DNA of 63,839 nt, the filler included, from Atractiella rhizophila (taxonomy: Eukaryota), in the NCBI GenBank assembly GCA_021432655.1. It is 3 parts of 3 records of this genome, joined end to end, with 100 filler letters (N's around TTAATTAATTAA, not from the genome) between each part and the next. Parts side by side here need not be neighbours in the genome. Positions count along the whole stretch, not along the records: positions 62,257 to 63,839 come from MU271822.1; 2 more parts are not named here. The stretch is one strand, 5' to 3'. The position numbers were made by a program, and so were the translations under genes. Each line of letters opens with the position of its first letter. The first letter of the stretch is position 1. The notes below the pieces were generated by a model that was not told where the DNA came from, made no database searches, and saw only the letters and a list, made by a program, of their open reading frames with translations. This document shows, piece after piece, positions 62,257 to 63,839 of this stretch.

Positions 62257-63839
62257 TCGCTTAATCGTGGCAAGATATCAGCAGGGATTGTGTCCAGAAC
62301 TACTCCTGGGTAGTCGCAAGATGCGTAGACTGGCTCAGAGAAGATTCCGATTTGGAAAGCGAAGTGGCGCTTTCCAGCAATGTTAGAACTGAGTTGGCTG
62401 TGCTGCAAACAACTCACATCAGCAGCCTCTTGATCAGCAGGGTTGGATGAATCCCAAGGTACGGCTGTTGGAAGTCAGCCAGTTTCATAAGGGACGGAAG
62501 ATAAATTACGGTGAGAGTCATCGTTTTTAAAGGAGATCTCGCCAGCCTTGATCGTACCGTCCTTGACTAGCTGTCGGTAAGCTGCGACAGCATGCCCATG
62601 AGATTTCAGCACCTGCATAAATTCTTTGTCAGTCACGAAGAAATAAGATGCAAGAAAACGATACGTTATAAGTGCAGGGGTAAGGTGCTGTCGTAGAGTT
62701 CCACTTGCCGCCGTACGAGGTTTGACTGAATGGAGGACCGCCATACATCGAGCAGTAGACTCTAGAAAAAGGTTAACATTCCCTATCCATGCGAACACCA
62801 TGCCCCTCACCTTGGTTCGTTGAAAGTGAACCAAGTCGTAACCTGCAATCCTTGTCAACTGGTCGCACAATATTGAACATCAAATCAACGAGCCTTGTTG
62901 CCCAATCGCTTGAAAACAGCCTCAGCATAAGCAGTAAAATCCTCTACGACCGTTCCGTTGTTGTTGATGAAGCCACCATATCTGATCGCCTATCAAATAC
63001 TGGTATTTCTAACAGGAAGGGCATACTCGAAAACAAGATTCAAAGGTGTATCCTAATTAACGAGCTTCAGGACTTGACGACGATAAGCATTGGGAAAGAG
63101 AATCTCACCCAATGGAACAACGTAGCTTGTCTGTGCGTCAATAACTACCAGTGTAGATGGTTGGAAACATACCGACGGGTTTGATACCATTGGCTAACAG
63201 CTCGTCGACCAAGTTCTCGTAGTACTGGAGTCCTGCTTCATTGAGGGGGCTATCCTTTTTACCGAATGGGAAGACACGACTCCAGCTGGACCCAGGATTA
63301 GGACAAAGACAATTCGTGCATCATGCTAACCTGATGCTAAAGGAGTAAGCATTTACGCCCATAGCCTGCAAAGAAACAACAAAAAAACAGAGATGAAAAA
63401 AACACGGCAGTTGTACCTTGATCCTAGCAATGTCTTGTTTGTAAAGGTAGTATTGAAGGTCAGTTACATCTGACGTATAGTTGGTACAAGCGGAAGGCTG
63501 CCCAACCCTTGAGTTTGGTGAAGTTGGAGGAGCAACGAGCTCACGTAGACATGGCAAAGATAGTCCCACTGCACAAAGCGTCAGTTCGAATCAAAACAAG
63601 ATATTGTCACACACGTGAGAAGGTCCTCGCCCTTCCGCCTTGACAGCTCCCTCGACTTGTTGAGCCGCACTTGCTACGCCAAACTGTAGGAAGCATCATG
63701 AAGAAACGCATTTGATCCTCAGCTCAAGCTTACAAGGAAGCCTACAGTAGTGTTCTTTAGCGTCAATCCTGAAGATATGAACAGAAAGCGTACCCTTCGG
63801 GAACTTCAGATCCTTCGGTGCATGATCATGCAGAGAGGT
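62257..63839 (-). CDS. Glycoside hydrolase family 1 beta-glucosidase (internal part, multi-exon)
   Basis: FGVASAAQQVEGA; YYLYKQDIAR; NAYSFSI-WSRVFP; GLQYYENLVDELLANGIKP; TLFHW; WFTFNEP (acid/base Glu). Confidence 0.92.

Overview
Intron-rich fungal DNA that looks basidiomycete-like (short GT-AG introns with CTAAC/CTGAC branch points). Three unrelated pieces are joined by artificial N-TTAATTAATTAA-N linkers at 31042-31141 and 62157-62256. Piece 1 (1-31041) is a repeat graveyard. It holds two back-to-back Ty1/copia fragments (one with no gag but an intact protease-integrase ORF), LTR-like repeats, a MITE, two decayed hAT elements and a Ty3/gypsy fragment. It also holds a ~16-kb island of unrecognisable degenerate genes punctuated by five arrays of a conserved core (TA)CGCTGGATCAAA(C), next to a GATA zinc-finger gene relic. 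Piece 2 (31142-62156) is gene-dense: RLI1/ABCE1, tRNA-Glu(CTC), a Pol-iota-like Y-family polymerase, an acyl-CoA synthetase, a CRAL-TRIO protein, a hexose transporter, an AKR7-like reductase, a P450, a small membrane protein, a methyltransferase-like protein, an alpha/beta hydrolase and the 5' part of an SSADH. Piece 3 is part of a GH1 beta-glucosidase. The most striking observation is that most of the acyl-CoA synthetase (40558-42720) appears in none of the six frames. It reads correctly only as the COMPLEMENT of the + strand read left to right ('mirror' DNA), in two blocks flanking a scaffold gap. This is most likely a gap-filling artefact, and a second probable mirror block lies at about 34400-36590. 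Exon boundaries were called by eye and no database searches were run.
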